A DNA stretch of 63,779 bases, counting the filler, from Guillardia theta CCMP2712 (Eukaryota; Protista; Cryptophyta), in the NCBI RefSeq assembly GCF_000315625.1. It is 8 parts of 8 records of this genome, joined end to end, with 100 filler letters (N's around TTAATTAATTAA, not from the genome) between each part and the next. Parts side by side here need not be neighbours in the genome. Positions count along the whole stretch, not along the records: positions 14,637 to 40,090 come from NW_005434507.1; positions 40,191 to 48,244 come from NW_005434238.1; 6 more parts are not named here. One strand, given 5' to 3'. Made by a program: the position numbers and the translations under genes. Each line of letters opens with the position of its first letter. Within the stretch, counting starts at the first letter, position 1. This document shows positions 32,232 through 44,700 of this stretch, one piece after another. Below the pieces are notes generated by a model that saw nothing but the letters and a program-made list of their open reading frames with translations, was not told where the DNA came from and did not search any database.

Positions 32232-34450
32232 TTTTATCCCGCGCACAAATCCCCTCTCCTCCCCGCCCTATGACAACCTCTCCCTCCCCTTTCACCTCTT
32301 CTCTGCCTCCTCTGCCCTCTCAGCCACTACCCCTTTCCCTCCCCTGACCCTCGCCGCATCATCTCCGTCCAGGTAGACTGTGTGGGCTCCTCCTTCAGAC
32401 GCTCCTCCTCCGCGATGCTCTCGAGGACCTCGTTGCGGTTCCTGACCATAAGCCCTTGAGCCGTCGCCATGACCCACCTGGCGTACTCCGGCCTCAGCAC
32501 CTTGCTGATCGCCGCCCGGCTCTTGCCGTACATCCTCGACAGGTCTCGCTGCCGCATAGACCTTCTTTGCCCCACCGACACTGGGGCGGAGTAGTAGAGG
32601 CAGACGATGTCGGCCTTGTCCTGCGCGGTCAGCCGGCTCCTGCCCCTACACGCCGAGCTGTGCTTGCTCCGCGCCGCCGCGTCCCAGCGGCTGGTCTTCG
32701 AACCCCGGCAAGCGTTCACGGGAGCGGTGTCGTCGGGGAGAGGCGGGAGGACGTCGGGAGAGGGGTTGTCGGCGAAGGAGAGGTCAGCGGCAGGGACGGG
32801 AGACGGAGAGTCAGGAAGAAGGATTGAAGGGATGAAGGTGCAGAAAGAAGAGTAGGCGAGGACATCAAAAGAAGGGATCTGGCAGGAGACATCGACGGGG
32901 TCGATGGGGAGGAGGAAGGAGGTGTTGAGGATGAGGTCGTCGAGGAAAGCGGATGTCGGCAGGGACAGAGCAAGGGACATGGTAGAAAGCTCAGAGGGAG
33001 GGGAGGACAGACGTTGCGAGCAAAGGTGGACAGGGAGCGAGAACGTTTGATGTAAGGGGGAGGACGTGGCGGGAGAACGGTAGATTGGGTAGGTGGGGTT
33101 CATTCCCCGTCCAGAAATGTGACGACTAGGAGGGTAGGGTAGGGTGGTCGTAGGGTAGCCGATGTTTTTCTTTTACTTTACAGGCCTCCCAGCAGGGAAC
33201 GTGAAATGGAGTCTTTTCATCGCAGGGATTCATCTCCTGATGAGGGAGAAGGGTTGCTAGGCTTTCATTATTCCTCTTGCCAGAAGAGGGGGTGGCTACA
33301 TGGAACATACTCGGGTCGGAAGTAGGGGTAGGGTAGTAGTCCCCCATCCTAGAGCCGGGGAATGTGCAAGAACGAATAGATCGTTCCTCGACAGAGAAAG
33401 GTGAAATGACGTCTTTTGGTCATGGTCTAGAATGGCAATAGTCTCGAGGCGTTGCTTTCCCGCAACTTATCAAGTGAAGTAAACCTTTTTGTTTCTGAGG
33501 CTCAACTTTTTCAATCTCTACCCCTGATTAGTAATGTGGGTTTATGAGGGGGTGGGGTAGTAAGACCTAGGATAAAAAGTTTTCAATTTTATTTGTTCCT
33601 GTCCTGCCTTGTTCCTCCTTGTCTTGCACAGCCCTCGCTGTCTCCCTCGTCCTGATCCCCTTCAACCGACTCCTCGTCTACCTCCTTCTCTACCTCCTCG
33701 TCTCTCCTCGTCTATCTCCTCGTCTACCTCCTTCTCTACCTCCTCGTCTCTCCTCGTCTATCTCCTCGTCTACCTCCTCGTCTACCTTCGCGTCTACCTC
33801 CTCGTCTACCTCCTCGTCTACCTCCTCGTCTACCTCCTTCTCTATCTCCTCGTCTATCTCCTCGTCTATCTCCTCGTCCACCTCCTTCTCTATCTCCTTG
33901 GTAGAGGCATACAGAATGTTCACCATTGGTCACGAACGAAATCTTTATCATTTTCACCGTACTTGATATGATCGTGACCAACGGTGAACACTCGACCCTC
34001 AAAAGTTCATGAGCTGAGCATGACAAGACCCCTGATATCATCTAGCAAGGCTACCCTCATCTCGTCTGCAAAGTTTGGGGTATCTTTGGCTGAACAATCA
34101 TGCCATAAATGTTCACTTTCACAAGCCAGAGCATGCCGGCAGCAAGCTGAGATCAAGGCTAGTTATACCATGAAAGATCCTGGACTGCGTCGCGGAGGAC
34201 TAGACAGTGAGTACGGCGCTCGTGGAGCTTATGAATTACCTTGTTGGTATTAGCAGTCGAGGCTAATCCGACATGGAACTTGAAAGTCTTCTACGCAAAC
34301 AAGCCAAGCAAGTCCATTGGAAGAGGAAAACCCATGGCGACGGTTTTGGCTACTCAGGACAGAACAAGTAGGGGGCAGGTAGACTCCATCTATTGCTGCC
34401 AATTGAGTTGGTAGTTGATAAGTGGTAGGCTATGAAAGCTTATCAAATAT
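32231..34450. repeat. ~2.2-kb direct repeat unit, copy B
   Basis: Colinear with 17567-19727; ends at a gap. Confidence 0.9.
32327..32980 (-). CDS. Stand-alone CENP-B/psq-like HTH protein, second intact copy
   Basis: HTH region identical in protein to 17656-18279. Confidence 0.6.
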   Translation of the reverse strand: MSLALSLPTSAFLDDLILNTSFLLPIDPVDVSCQIPSFDVLAYSSFCTFIPSILLPDSPSPVPAADLSFADNPSPDVLPPLPDDTAPVNACRGSKTSRWDAAARSKHSSACRGRSRLTAQDKADIVCLYYSAPVSVGQRRSMRQRDLSRMYGKSRAAISKVLRPEYARWVMATAQGLMVRNRNEVLESIAEEERLKEEPTQSTWTEMMRRGSGEGKG

Positions 34451-36942
34451 NNNNNNNNNNNNNNNNNNNNNNNNNNNNNNNNNNNNNNNNNNNNNNNNNN
34501 NNNNNNNNNNNNNNNNNNNNNNNNNNNNNNNNNNNNNNNNNNNNNNNNNNNNNNNNNNNNNNNNNNNNNNNNNNNNNNNNNNNNNNNNNNNNNNNNNNNN
34601 NNNNNNNNNNNNNNNNNNNNNNNNNNNNNNNNNNNNNNNNNNNNNNNNNNNNNNNNNNNNNNNNNNNNNNNGCACCCTTCGCTCTTTCCCTCGCTCTCTC
34701 CCTTCCCCGCTCTCTCTCTCTCACCCTCCCTTCCTCTCCCTGTCCCTCTCCCTCTCCCTCCGTTTCACCTTTCCTCGCTCTCCCTCCCTTCCTCTCGCTC
34801 TTTCTGTCTCTCTCTGAATCAGTCAGTCAGTCGGTCGGTCGGTCGGTCGGTCAGGAAACAATCAGTCAATCAATCAGGAAAAGCGGAGGCTATGGAGTTG
34901 GCGGAAGGTAGGTGGATTATGTGGGGGAAGAGGAAGATGTTTGGCGAATCTTCATCTCTCAGAACTCACAGGATAGGACGAAGGCTACATAAAGATGGAG
35001 GTAGATGAAGATGACAGGAAAGTGAGGTTGACAAGGGAGTTAGTTGCTGGACCTACCCAAGGTAAGTAAGGGACAGCACACAAGACTAGTGGGTTCAACT
35101 TTTATCGTTATCAAAGTCACGCAAAGGACTATCAGCAGGATTGGAACCTTTGTGTGCGATCCAGCAGCAGTGCTGGAAGCAATCACGTTCGAGCTCTTTG
35201 ACCCGTGAAGCTTCAGGGTGTGACAGAACGTTCGATGTGCGTTGAAGTTCGGCGCAGACAAGGCGAAGATGGATGTGCATAGATTGAAAGACATGTTATG
35301 TGTCCCTTGACCTTGTGCGAGCTCAATCATTTCAAATCTCCTCCTTCTCTGTCCAAGTGAGAATCATTATGTAGCATGTAGCTAGAATGCACGAGACACA
35401 GGTCTGCCTCATTTCATGTTGGGTTAATGTAGAGACGTTTATGAAAGATTGCAAAGAAGATGGAAGTTTCATAGCTCTTCTCTTCATAGACTTCTGTCAC
35501 TGGTCATAGATCTAATAACACAGGCTGTATGTAACACATCCATGCCATTAAGCTAGGGCGGGCTCCAGTCTGTCGTGTAATTCCCCTGATGTTTTTCGCC
35601 CTTCTGACCCTCTTTGCATCTTCATCTTTCAAAACTACAACGCCACGCAACCCACATCATTGCACAGTCTCCTCGAGCCAATCAGCATCACTGAAGTTGT
35701 CAACTTTATCTCTCTTGCAGTTTCATTCTACCTTATCGTAATGCCTATCCATCTTGCAAGGCATGAAGAATCTTTATCCTTCACCTTGTACAACCTCCCT
35801 CACCCATTCCCGTCATCTTCGTTTCACCCAGCGCGCACTACCGTATCATTCTTCTACCATCGCCTCCTCCACTGCCCTCATTCAGGATCCCGCCGATCAA
35901 TTTGTCCGGAAATAGAACATTTTGATCCGAGGAACCCCTACCCTGAAAACACCCAACCTTATGATAGCAAGATGGGGGTCTAGTTTATAAGGGATGCATG
36001 GATTTTTAGAAATATATGCTACTGGTTTTTGGTACATTTAAATTGATAAGTGATTTTTAAACAATATTTTAAGATTAACTTTTTTGTAATAAAACTTCAG
36101 TAAACACCAAGATATCTACGATCATCAATGCTGTATGTGATTCCTGGTAACAAAAAACATCTTCAATATATATATATTATTTTACTCAGTACACATATGG
36201 TTTGTAGATATCTCGTACGATATCTGAACCAGTTGTACCCACACTAAAACTATTTCTAAAGATAAAAGTAAAAAAAAAGCTGCGTCAGCCCGCATGTGGA
36301 CATGGCGGAGAAAGCGAGCGGAACAGGGAAGGGGAGGAGAGAAGAAGGAAGGAGAGAGGATGAGAACAGAGGAAGAAGAGAGAGGAGAGAATGAGAGTGA
36401 GGAGGAGGAGAAGAGAGGAGGAGACAGGGGATACGGGACAAATGAAGAGAAAGGGAGAGGAGAGGGGAGGAGGGAGATGAGGCGATTATAAAGGAGGGGA
36501 GGTGGCGGTGGGAACGGAGGTGCGAGGACGGAGAAGAAGGAAGGACACGACAGAAAAATGACAATATGAAAGTCGTGGAATCAGGAAGCGTTCATCATTC
36601 AGGGCGAGGGTGAAGATAGAAGCCAAGGAAAAGGGTTCAGGTGCATGAGGGGCGCCGGATAGATCATTAGATAGACATGGAGGAGAAGGGAGGGGGGAGG
36701 GAGGGGCATTAATGAATTGAGCAAGCAGAAATGTGCGAGTTAGGAAGTGCACAAGAGGAAGGCCTGAAAGGAAGCAACCCTGAAGCTCAGGCTAACTGTC
36801 TCCGTGACTAGCAGGCTGGTTCCAAGCTTGACCTTTCGTCAGTGATAGTTTGAACCGTCTCTCCCCTTCTGTCAAGGTCAGCAATACTCTAGTGCTGCAG
36901 CCACCGAGGAAAGCATAATACTCCCGCAGCTTCTCCTTCAAG

Positions 36943-39008
36943 ATGCCACCCAAGAATAAGAAAGAGGACGAGAGCGAACAGGTAAGGGAGGAATGGGGGT
37001 GGATTCGATTATATGCTGCATGCCCTGATGGTAGTTGGAAACACGTTGTGCTGAGATATTGTGATCAAGACTTGTCCTTGCAGTGTTGATGATGTATTGC
37101 TGCTGTTGTAATGCGAATGATGTATTGCTGCTGTTGTAATGCGAATGATGTATTGCTGCTGTTGTAATGCGAATGATGTATTGCTGCTGTTGTATTGCGA
37201 ATGATGTATTGCTTCTGTTGTAATGCGAATGATGTATTGCTGCTGTTGTAATGCGAATGATGTATTGCTGCTGTTGTATTGCGAATGATGTATTGCTGCT
37301 GTTGTAATGCGAATGATGTATTGCTGCTGTTGTATTGCGAATGATGTATTGCTGCTGTTGTAATGCGATTGTAATGCGAATGATGTAATGCTGGTGATAT
37401 AGTGCTGCTGGTGTGCTGTTGAGGAGTGATCTTGTTGTTGCATTGTTCGACTCACTTATGACGGTTTCCTCGCAGCTCACACGTATTGCCATCGTCGATG
37501 ATCAGAAGTGCAAGCCCAAGAAATGCGCGCAGGAGTGTCAGAAGTTCTGCCCTGTTGTCAGGATGGGTGAGTACCTCTCCTGCTCTGCTCTTCCCGCTCC
37601 TCTCCCTCCTTACCCTCTCCCGCTCGTTGCTCCCCTACCCCCATCTCATTTCCATTCCTCCGTTGAATCTTCCTTTGCCGTCTCCTCTCTTTCGTCATCC
37701 CCGTCTTGCTTCGCCCGTCTCCTCCAGCAAACTCTCCACAATTCCTCTGCTTCCTCTCCTCACTACCACCCTTGCTGCAACTACTGCCAGCATATTGGAT
37801 ACGATGACAAGTCTCAACTGACTTCCCTCCTGACTTACCTCGTCACAGGAAAGCTTTGCGTAGAAGTCACAGCGGGCTCCAAGGTCAACTCTCGACACTC
37901 CTCCCTTGATCCTCTTGTCACATTGTCAACAGATAGCATGGATCTCAGAGGAGCTCTGTATCGGTTGCGGTATCTGCGTCAAGAAGGTTTGCCCTCCTCC
38001 TGTTCCTCCTCCTCCTCTCCCTCCTCCCCTTCCTCCTCCTCCTCCTCTTCTCCCCCCCTGCCCCCCACTCCTCCTCCTCCTGTACTTCTCCTGGCTCTCC
38101 GCCTCCCTGGTTTTACCATGATCTCCCTGCTCCCACTACCTCTTTCCTCTTTCCTCACTCTCTCCTCCTCCTTTCTGTGATTCTCTCGCCTCGCACTTAT
38201 ATCTTCCTTGCTCTTGACTTTTCATCTTACAGTGTCCCTTTGGAGCTATCACCATCATCAACTTGCCCAAGGTCAGCTTCTCTTATCAATCGATCTTCTC
38301 AAGCGTTTCCTCCCTCCTCCCTCCTCCCACCCCCTTCCCCCCTTCCCCCTCCCCACTCCCCACTCCCCCCTCCCCCCTCCTCCTCCCTCCTCCCTCTTCC
38401 CTCCTCCCTCCTCCCTCCTCTTTCCATGTTCTATCTATTCACTAGCTACACAGGACATGGAGAAGCATACCACTCACCGTTACGGTCCCAACAGCTTCAA
38501 GATCCACAGGATGCCGACCCCGCGTCCTGGCCAGGTCCCCCTGCTGCTGCTGCTCCTGATCCTGAACTGCCTCCTACTCTGCCCCTGTTTCTCCTCCTCC
38601 TGCTCGTCTGCCTCTGTTCCTCCTTCTCGGGCTACTGTGACTCTCAAACCCTCCCCCTCCCCCCCACACACACACTTTCTCCCTGACTTAGCCTCTTCAC
38701 TTGGTCTCTCCTCTTTTTGGTCTTGTTCCGCCTCCTTCCTCCCCTAACCTCTCCGAGCAGGTTCTTGGGCTGGTTGGATCCAACGGTACGGGAAAGAGTA
38801 CGGCCTTGAAGGTGCTTGCAGGAAAGCTGAAGCCAAACCTTGGGAGGTGAGAGGAAGAGGAAGGGGGAGGGAGGGGGGGGGGCGTGAAGGAACGGGGGCA
38901 AGAATGCTGAGTGGAGAAGAACACGAAACAATTCAGACTCAGGGTGGGGACTGAGGAAGAGGAAGAGGAAGAGGAGATCGTCACGGTGAGGAGCAGGAGA
39001 AGGAGAAT

Positions 39009-39042
<34 letters not shown>

Positions 39043-40090
39043 AATGACCTTGACCCGACCAGGTTTGACAACCCGCCTGACTGGTCTGAGATCTTGAACT
39101 ACTTCCGCGGCTCCGAGCTGCAGGTTTGACCGGGACTGGTCAAATTTGTTGGAGTTGAGGCCTCTGCTTGCCAGAACTTTTTCACGAGGATCCTTGAGGA
39201 TACGATGAAGGCGATTATCAAGCCCCAGTACGTTGATCATATCCCCAAGGCCATCAAAGGTGGGCGGTTGTCAAAGTTTGACAAGCGTCTTGACAAGCCT
39301 GCAGGTATCGTCGGCGAGATCCTGACGGAGAAGAACGAGGTGGGAGGAGGGAGTTTCGACTTTTTCTTTCCTTGACGCCATGCCAAACAGATCAACATGA
39401 GAGACTACCTGGTTGACATCCTTGACCTCTCCAACGTTCTTGGTAGGGTCACGTTAGCTGGGGTTGTGCTGATAGCCTGCAGGGCGAGGAGTTCAGGACC
39501 TTTCGGGAGGAGAATTGCAGAGGTTTGCTATCGCTGTCGTTGCCGTCCAGAAGGTACGGGGAGGGGGGAGGGCGGCTGACATGGCCGTGTGTACTGAGGG
39601 AGGAAGGGACTAACGAGGTCTCAGGCGGACGTTTATATGTTTGATGAGCCTTCCTCTTACCTCGATGTCAAGCAGCGAATCCACGCGTGCAAGGTGAGGA
39701 GTTTGACATGTTTGTGCTGGGGGCGAGCTGGAGTGGGTGGTGAGGAGAAGAGAGGAAGGGAGGAGATTACTTTTGATGTCGATGGTTTGAGAATGTCACA
39801 ATCTCGTGATGATGACGATGACATAACACGTTGTGTATGGTATGTTTGATGTAATTATCCCTGTACAGTCAAACAAGTTTATTTATCTTCTTGTTTTCTC
39901 AGGCTATTCGATCTCTTCTCAAGCAAGACAACTATGTCGTCGTTGTCGAGCACGATCTTGTATGTTCCTCCTTCACTCCCTTCTGTCCTCCACCTTCTCC
40001 TCCCTTCTTGTTTCTCTTCCTGTTCTTTCTCCTCCTCCCTTGTCTTCCTTTTTTCATCTTCATCCACTGATGATGTTTGCAGGCTGTGCT
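36943..40090 (+). CDS. ABCE1: ABCE1/RLI1 Fe-S ribosome-recycling ATPase, N-terminal half, many introns, truncated by a gap
   Basis: [13 protein letters not shown]|[89 protein letters not shown]. Confidence 0.95.
37089..37390. repeat. 28-bp minisatellite (GCGAATGATGTATTGCTGCTGTTGTAAT), about 10 units, in ABCE1 intron 1
   Basis: Read directly; no unique spacers. Confidence 0.9.
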
Positions 40091-40190
40091 NNNNNNNNNN
40101 NNNNNNNNNNNNNNNNNNNNNNNNNNNNNNNNNNTTAATTAATTAANNNNNNNNNNNNNNNNNNNNNNNNNNNNNNNNNNNNNNNNNNNN

Positions 40191-40565
40191 CGGGCACGGG
40201 AGGCAGGAGCGATCGAGGCCGTCGTCAGCGCCATGTCCACACATGTGGACGAACGATGGCTACAGTGTGATGCATGCAAGGCCTTGCGCAGCATGACGGA
40301 GGGCATGGCAGACAGCCAGGCGCGGGCTCGAGAGGCGGGAGCGATCGAGGCGGTAGCGAGGGCGATGCAAAGGCATGAGGGCAGCGGGTGGTTGGAGGAT
40401 AGCGCGATGGAGGCTCTGAGCAGCCTTGCTAGCGACAACTCGTACAACATCCGACGCATCCGACGGCTCCGAGGCGCCGCCCTGCCTCCCAACATCCCCG
40501 ACACCCGTGCTTCTGAGGCGCGCCGACGGCTCAGGTCCGTGCTCGAGCGACGCGATGCCGAGTGA
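40191..40565 (+). CDS. Armadillo-repeat protein, C-terminal fragment
   Basis: Two 42-aa repeats beginning RAREAGAIEAVxxAM. Confidence 0.75.
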   Translation, partial: RAREAGAIEAVVSAMSTHVDERWLQCDACKALRSMTEGMADSQARAREAGAIEAVARAMQRHEGSGWLEDSAMEALSSLASDNSYNIRRIRRLRGAALPPNIPDTRASEARRRLRSVLERRDAE

Positions 40566-41452
40566 TGGGGAGGGTCGTGGTGCAGCTGGAGGGGAGGCGG
40601 GGATGGCGGGGAAGGGACAGAGCTTGTTCGTGCTGCTAGGGGCAAGAGCTGGCTGTGAGACGAGCGTCGAGCAGGGGGCTGAAGCTTTCTCAGCTTGTCG
40701 GTCAATGTTGCGGTCAACAATGATTGTACCTGATAGAAGCGCGTCATGCTCTCTACCTCTCAGCTCTTCTGGACCTCCACCCCCATGTCTGTCTATGTGA
40801 GCTAGTGCTCGCTTCTGCTCTACGGCGCAAGCCGACAGCCCAGCTGAGCATGGCGAGACGCCATGCGACATCCGATGCGAGCTCGGGAGAGAGGGCATGA
40901 CGACGTCGCTGCTACAGGCGAGAGGCAGCGAGGGGATCCAGGACGAGGAGGAGAGAGCGGAGGGAGGAGGGAAGGGNNNNNNNNNNNNNNNNNNNNNNNN
41001 NNNNNNNNNNNNNNNNNNNNNNNNNNNNNNNNNNNNNNNNNNNNNNNNNNNNNNNNNNNNNNNNNNNNNNNNNNNNNNNNNNNNNNNNNNNNNNNNNNNN
41101 NNNNNNNNNNNNNNNNNNNNNNNNNNNNNNNNNNNNNNNNNNNNNNNNNNNNNNNNNNNNNNNNNNNNNNNNNNNNNNNNNNNNNNNNNNNNNNNNNNNN
41201 NNNNNNNNNNNNNNNNNNNNNNNNNNNNNNNNNNNNNNNNNNNNNNNNNNNNNNNNNNNNNNNNNNNNNNNNNNNNNNNNNNNNNNNNNNNNNNNNNNNN
41301 NNNNNNNNNNNNAAGTAGTGATAGAGGAGAAGCGCCGGCTTTTGATATCTATAAAGATGATACTTGAACCGTAAAGATCTTGTAACCAGAGATTGCTGTC
41401 GCGAGGGTGGAACATCCGTTTCAAGGCATTTGAAGAGGTTGTGCAGTCTTAT

Positions 41453-41761
41453 CTTGCTCACCGATGCACAAGTGAGCTTGCTCACCGATGCACAAGTGAG
41501 CTTGCTCACCGATGCACAAGTGAGCTTGCTCACCGATGCACAAGTGAGCTTGCTCACCGATGCACAAGTGAGCTTGCTCACCGATGCACAAGTGAGCTTG
41601 CTCACCGATGCACAAGTGAGCTTGCTCACCGATGCACAAGTGAGCTTGCTCACCGATGCACAAGTGAGCTTGCTCACCGATGCACAAGTGAGCTTGCTCA
41701 CCGATGCACAAGTGAGCTTGCTCACCGATGCACAAGTGAGCTTGCTCACCGATCCACAAGT
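41453..41761. repeat. 24-bp perfect tandem array, about 13 units, with GTGAGC-TT-GCTCAC palindrome
   Basis: Unit CTTGCTCACCGATGCACAAGTGAG. Confidence 0.95.
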
Positions 41762-42898
41762 AGCTCCGGCAGTCTCTCATGTGTAAGGCTAGCCACCAGT
41801 AGCTCTGTGACATCAACACGTCCCTCGATCGCAGTCTCCTGGGAGTTGCTGATTTGATCCTACTCAAAGCTGACGATCAAGAGACTTGAAATAACAGTCA
41901 GACTCGGAATCGACTAGTACCTCCCAGTGTTTTCCGGCAACTTCATGTCCGGTCCGCAGTGTAGCTGATATCCGACCGACCAATCTGGCTGGGGAGAGGC
42001 TTGTTGTTCCTAGAGTGCATCCGAAGATCGATCAAACAGATTGTGGCTGGGATACTAGTGATAGGGCTGACTTGAAACAACTTGCGGCTAGAGAGAGAGC
42101 CTGATTGAAGAGAAGAGTCATCCGAATGTGTGTAACGAGACTTGATGGGATTGCACGAGTTTGCAGCAGAAACGAAAAAAACACCAACAAACAGAAACTG
42201 CAGAAAACATCATGACTGACCAGACATGAGATCAACATGGTTGGCATGTATACGAGGCTTGAGACTCCTGGGTCATGACGGATCGAAATCAAGCTTGTTG
42301 CAAGTGGACCGACGTTGTGTGACGCACGGAAGTCTCGAGTCTGATTTTGAAAGCAGACCCGAGAATTTCAAAGTCTTTGAGACTTTGAAACTCATTCCAG
42401 TGTCACACAACTCCGCAAGCTCCGAGCGACTGTGTGCAAGAGCCGCCGCTTCGTAAACAGTCCTCCGAGTGTACCGGCAGACACTCGCCAACCTACTTGG
42501 CTCAACGCCGAGGACCGAGCTCAGGAGTACCCGTAGTCAGGTCAGACTGTTAGGCTAGGTAGCACCCGGGTGTGTAGACAGGTCATAGGCTACTAGGATG
42601 TCTCGCGAGGTCTTCTCTGGCAAGGGATCGAGTGAGACCGGGTTACCCGTTAATGAGAGTTGGCGTGTATGGACTATGGTGGAGGGGTGGCTTCGGCCCT
42701 GTGGTGGGTGAGGGGGTGGTGCTGAGGAATGGATCTGGTCTTGTGCTGACCGCTGACGTGGCTATCAAAGACCACCATCAGAAGCATGACGACTGAGTCA
42801 CTCTCTTTCCTCTCTCATGGACGCGATTCCAACCCCCCCGATGTCTTCATCCATCCTCCCCTTGGACAAGACAAGGCCTCCAACCTCTTCCTCCTGAA

Positions 42899-43012
42899 TG
42901 CCGGTTTTCGCTGCCTCCTTCGTTTCCTAGTATTTTATTGAGGCGGGTTTGTTGGCTCTATCCTCCCCCTCCTTTGTTTGCTCCGGTTTGTCCTTCTTGC
43001 TCAGTCAATAAA
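42899..43012 (+). mobile_element. Dispersed short retroelement-like repeat, copy 3 (shortest)
   Basis: Near-identical to 2195-2309. Confidence 0.6.
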
Positions 43013-43073
43013 TTGAATGATCACTTGCTTTCCTTTCTCTCCTCCCATGCATCTCTCCCTCGCACCCATCACG

Positions 43074-43587
43074 CCATCTTGCTCTAGAGTCACTTTGCTC
43101 GGACTCTTGTTTGTCTTGGCAACACCTTCTTCCATCTTGCTCTAGAGTCACTTTGCTCGGACTCTTGTTTGTCTTGGCAACACCTTCTTCCACTCTCCCG
43201 CGTGAGACGCTGCCATCGGTCACCTGACGCCGCGCGTCGACCCGAGACGAAGAGACAAGTTGGTTCGTGCCGAGCATCGTCTGTCCCAAGAGTCATCGTG
43301 TGCTGATCAGAGGATCTCAGCTGCTCCCGGCTCTGATCTCATTACTGCTCCTCGGGTCACTGAGCACTCGCTCACACAGTGTGTAACTCCGGATCTTGAA
43401 TGTTTGATCGATCAGAGTTCGTTTCACTCCTCCCCCCTCACACACCCCAGCGCCACGGCCACGAGCAGCGCCGCCTTCTGCTTCCTCTCAAGAGACCAGC
43501 ATGAGGAGACTGTCGCTGACTCACTCTGCTTCCTCTCAAGAGACCAGCATCAGGAGACTGTCGCTGACTCACTCTGCTTCCTCTCAA
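43074..43587. repeat. Two local tandem duplications (58 bp x2 at 43074-43192; 48 bp x2.3 at 43477-43587)
   Basis: Read directly. Confidence 0.8.
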
Positions 43588-44099
43588 TCAGATCTCAACA
43601 TCTTCGCTTTCCATCTCATTCGCATCTCATTGGGTTTGAGGGCTTTACTCTCAGCGACTTCTTCTTCCCGCAAATCGAACACCAGGTGATCTGTCTCTCT
43701 CACTCATGATCGCACTTGCATCATCACAACATACTGCTCTTGTGTGATCTGATCTGACTGTTTGCGTTTCCGGGGAACACAGCCCCTCGTTCCTTCTCGG
43801 ACTGCATCTGTACCTCATCATCTGCTCCGAGGCTCGTACCGTGAGCTGAACGCGCCATTGCGTCCTGGAAGTTTTGCACCGTGCGGTTCATCTACGAGTA
43901 ATACTGTCAGTGTTGATCGGAGCACTACTGTACGGCCATCTTGTACGTCGACGTGTTCACCAGGCTCTGACTTACCGTTGTCGTTGAGTGTGTTCTCTGT
44001 CTCTGGTTCAATTCACTGTCACGGCGATTCTCTTCACAGAGCTTCTTTCACTCGAATGTGCAATATCGTATTCTTGGTGTAAAGTTGGTACACGAGAGT

Positions 44100-44700
44100 G
44101 ACAGTGTTGGAGTGCGCTAATAGTTTGACTGGCACGGCCGGCACTGGCATGCGATCCTTCAAATCCCCTTGAGACTCAGTCGCCCGCCCGGCCGCCGCCC
44201 GGGGCTCGACTCCGGGCCGGTGACTCCCGGCGGCCGGGCACTGCACACAGACAGCGGCATGGGCCCGGCACTGGTTACCGTACCGTACTATGGTAACTGG
44301 TGACTACTGTTCAGGCGGACCCCGGGCCCGGCCCCGGGAGGTATTCGGAGGGCCCGGGCCGGGCCGGGCGGCCGGGCGGCAGGAGCCGGGCCGGGCCGGG
44401 CGCCGGTACTGGAAACTTCACCGTTCAGGCGGAGCCGGGCCCGATACGGGCTAGCCGGTACTGTGACTCTTTACTCAAAGTACCGTAGTACGGTGACTCA
44501 CTTGAATAACTAATTAAGTAAGAGCGTTTCGCGGATATCCTGAAATCAGAGGGCAGGATTTCAAAGTTCGCGGATGATGTCTAAAAACTTTGAGTAAAGA
44601 CCAGTCTAACGGACAAAAGTAACTGACCGTAGTGCGATGATTGTCTACCCCTACCGTCGGTCCGACCTAAGTCAGAGTCTGATACCGGTACTTTATCCAT
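44100..44700. promoter_or_regulatory. CCGG-rich island with TTTACTCAAAGT motifs upstream of the ART-ankyrin gene
   Basis: Motifs at 44470 and 44586 (reverse). Confidence 0.35.

Noticed and set aside
37089-37390. CRISPR array or repeat-protein ORFs
   Set aside because: No unique spacers; it is an intronic minisatellite of ABCE1
41453-41761. CRISPR array or lac operator array
   Set aside because: Units are contiguous and identical with no spacers and no cas genes; similarity to lacO covers only GTGAGC/GCTCAC with different spacing and flanks
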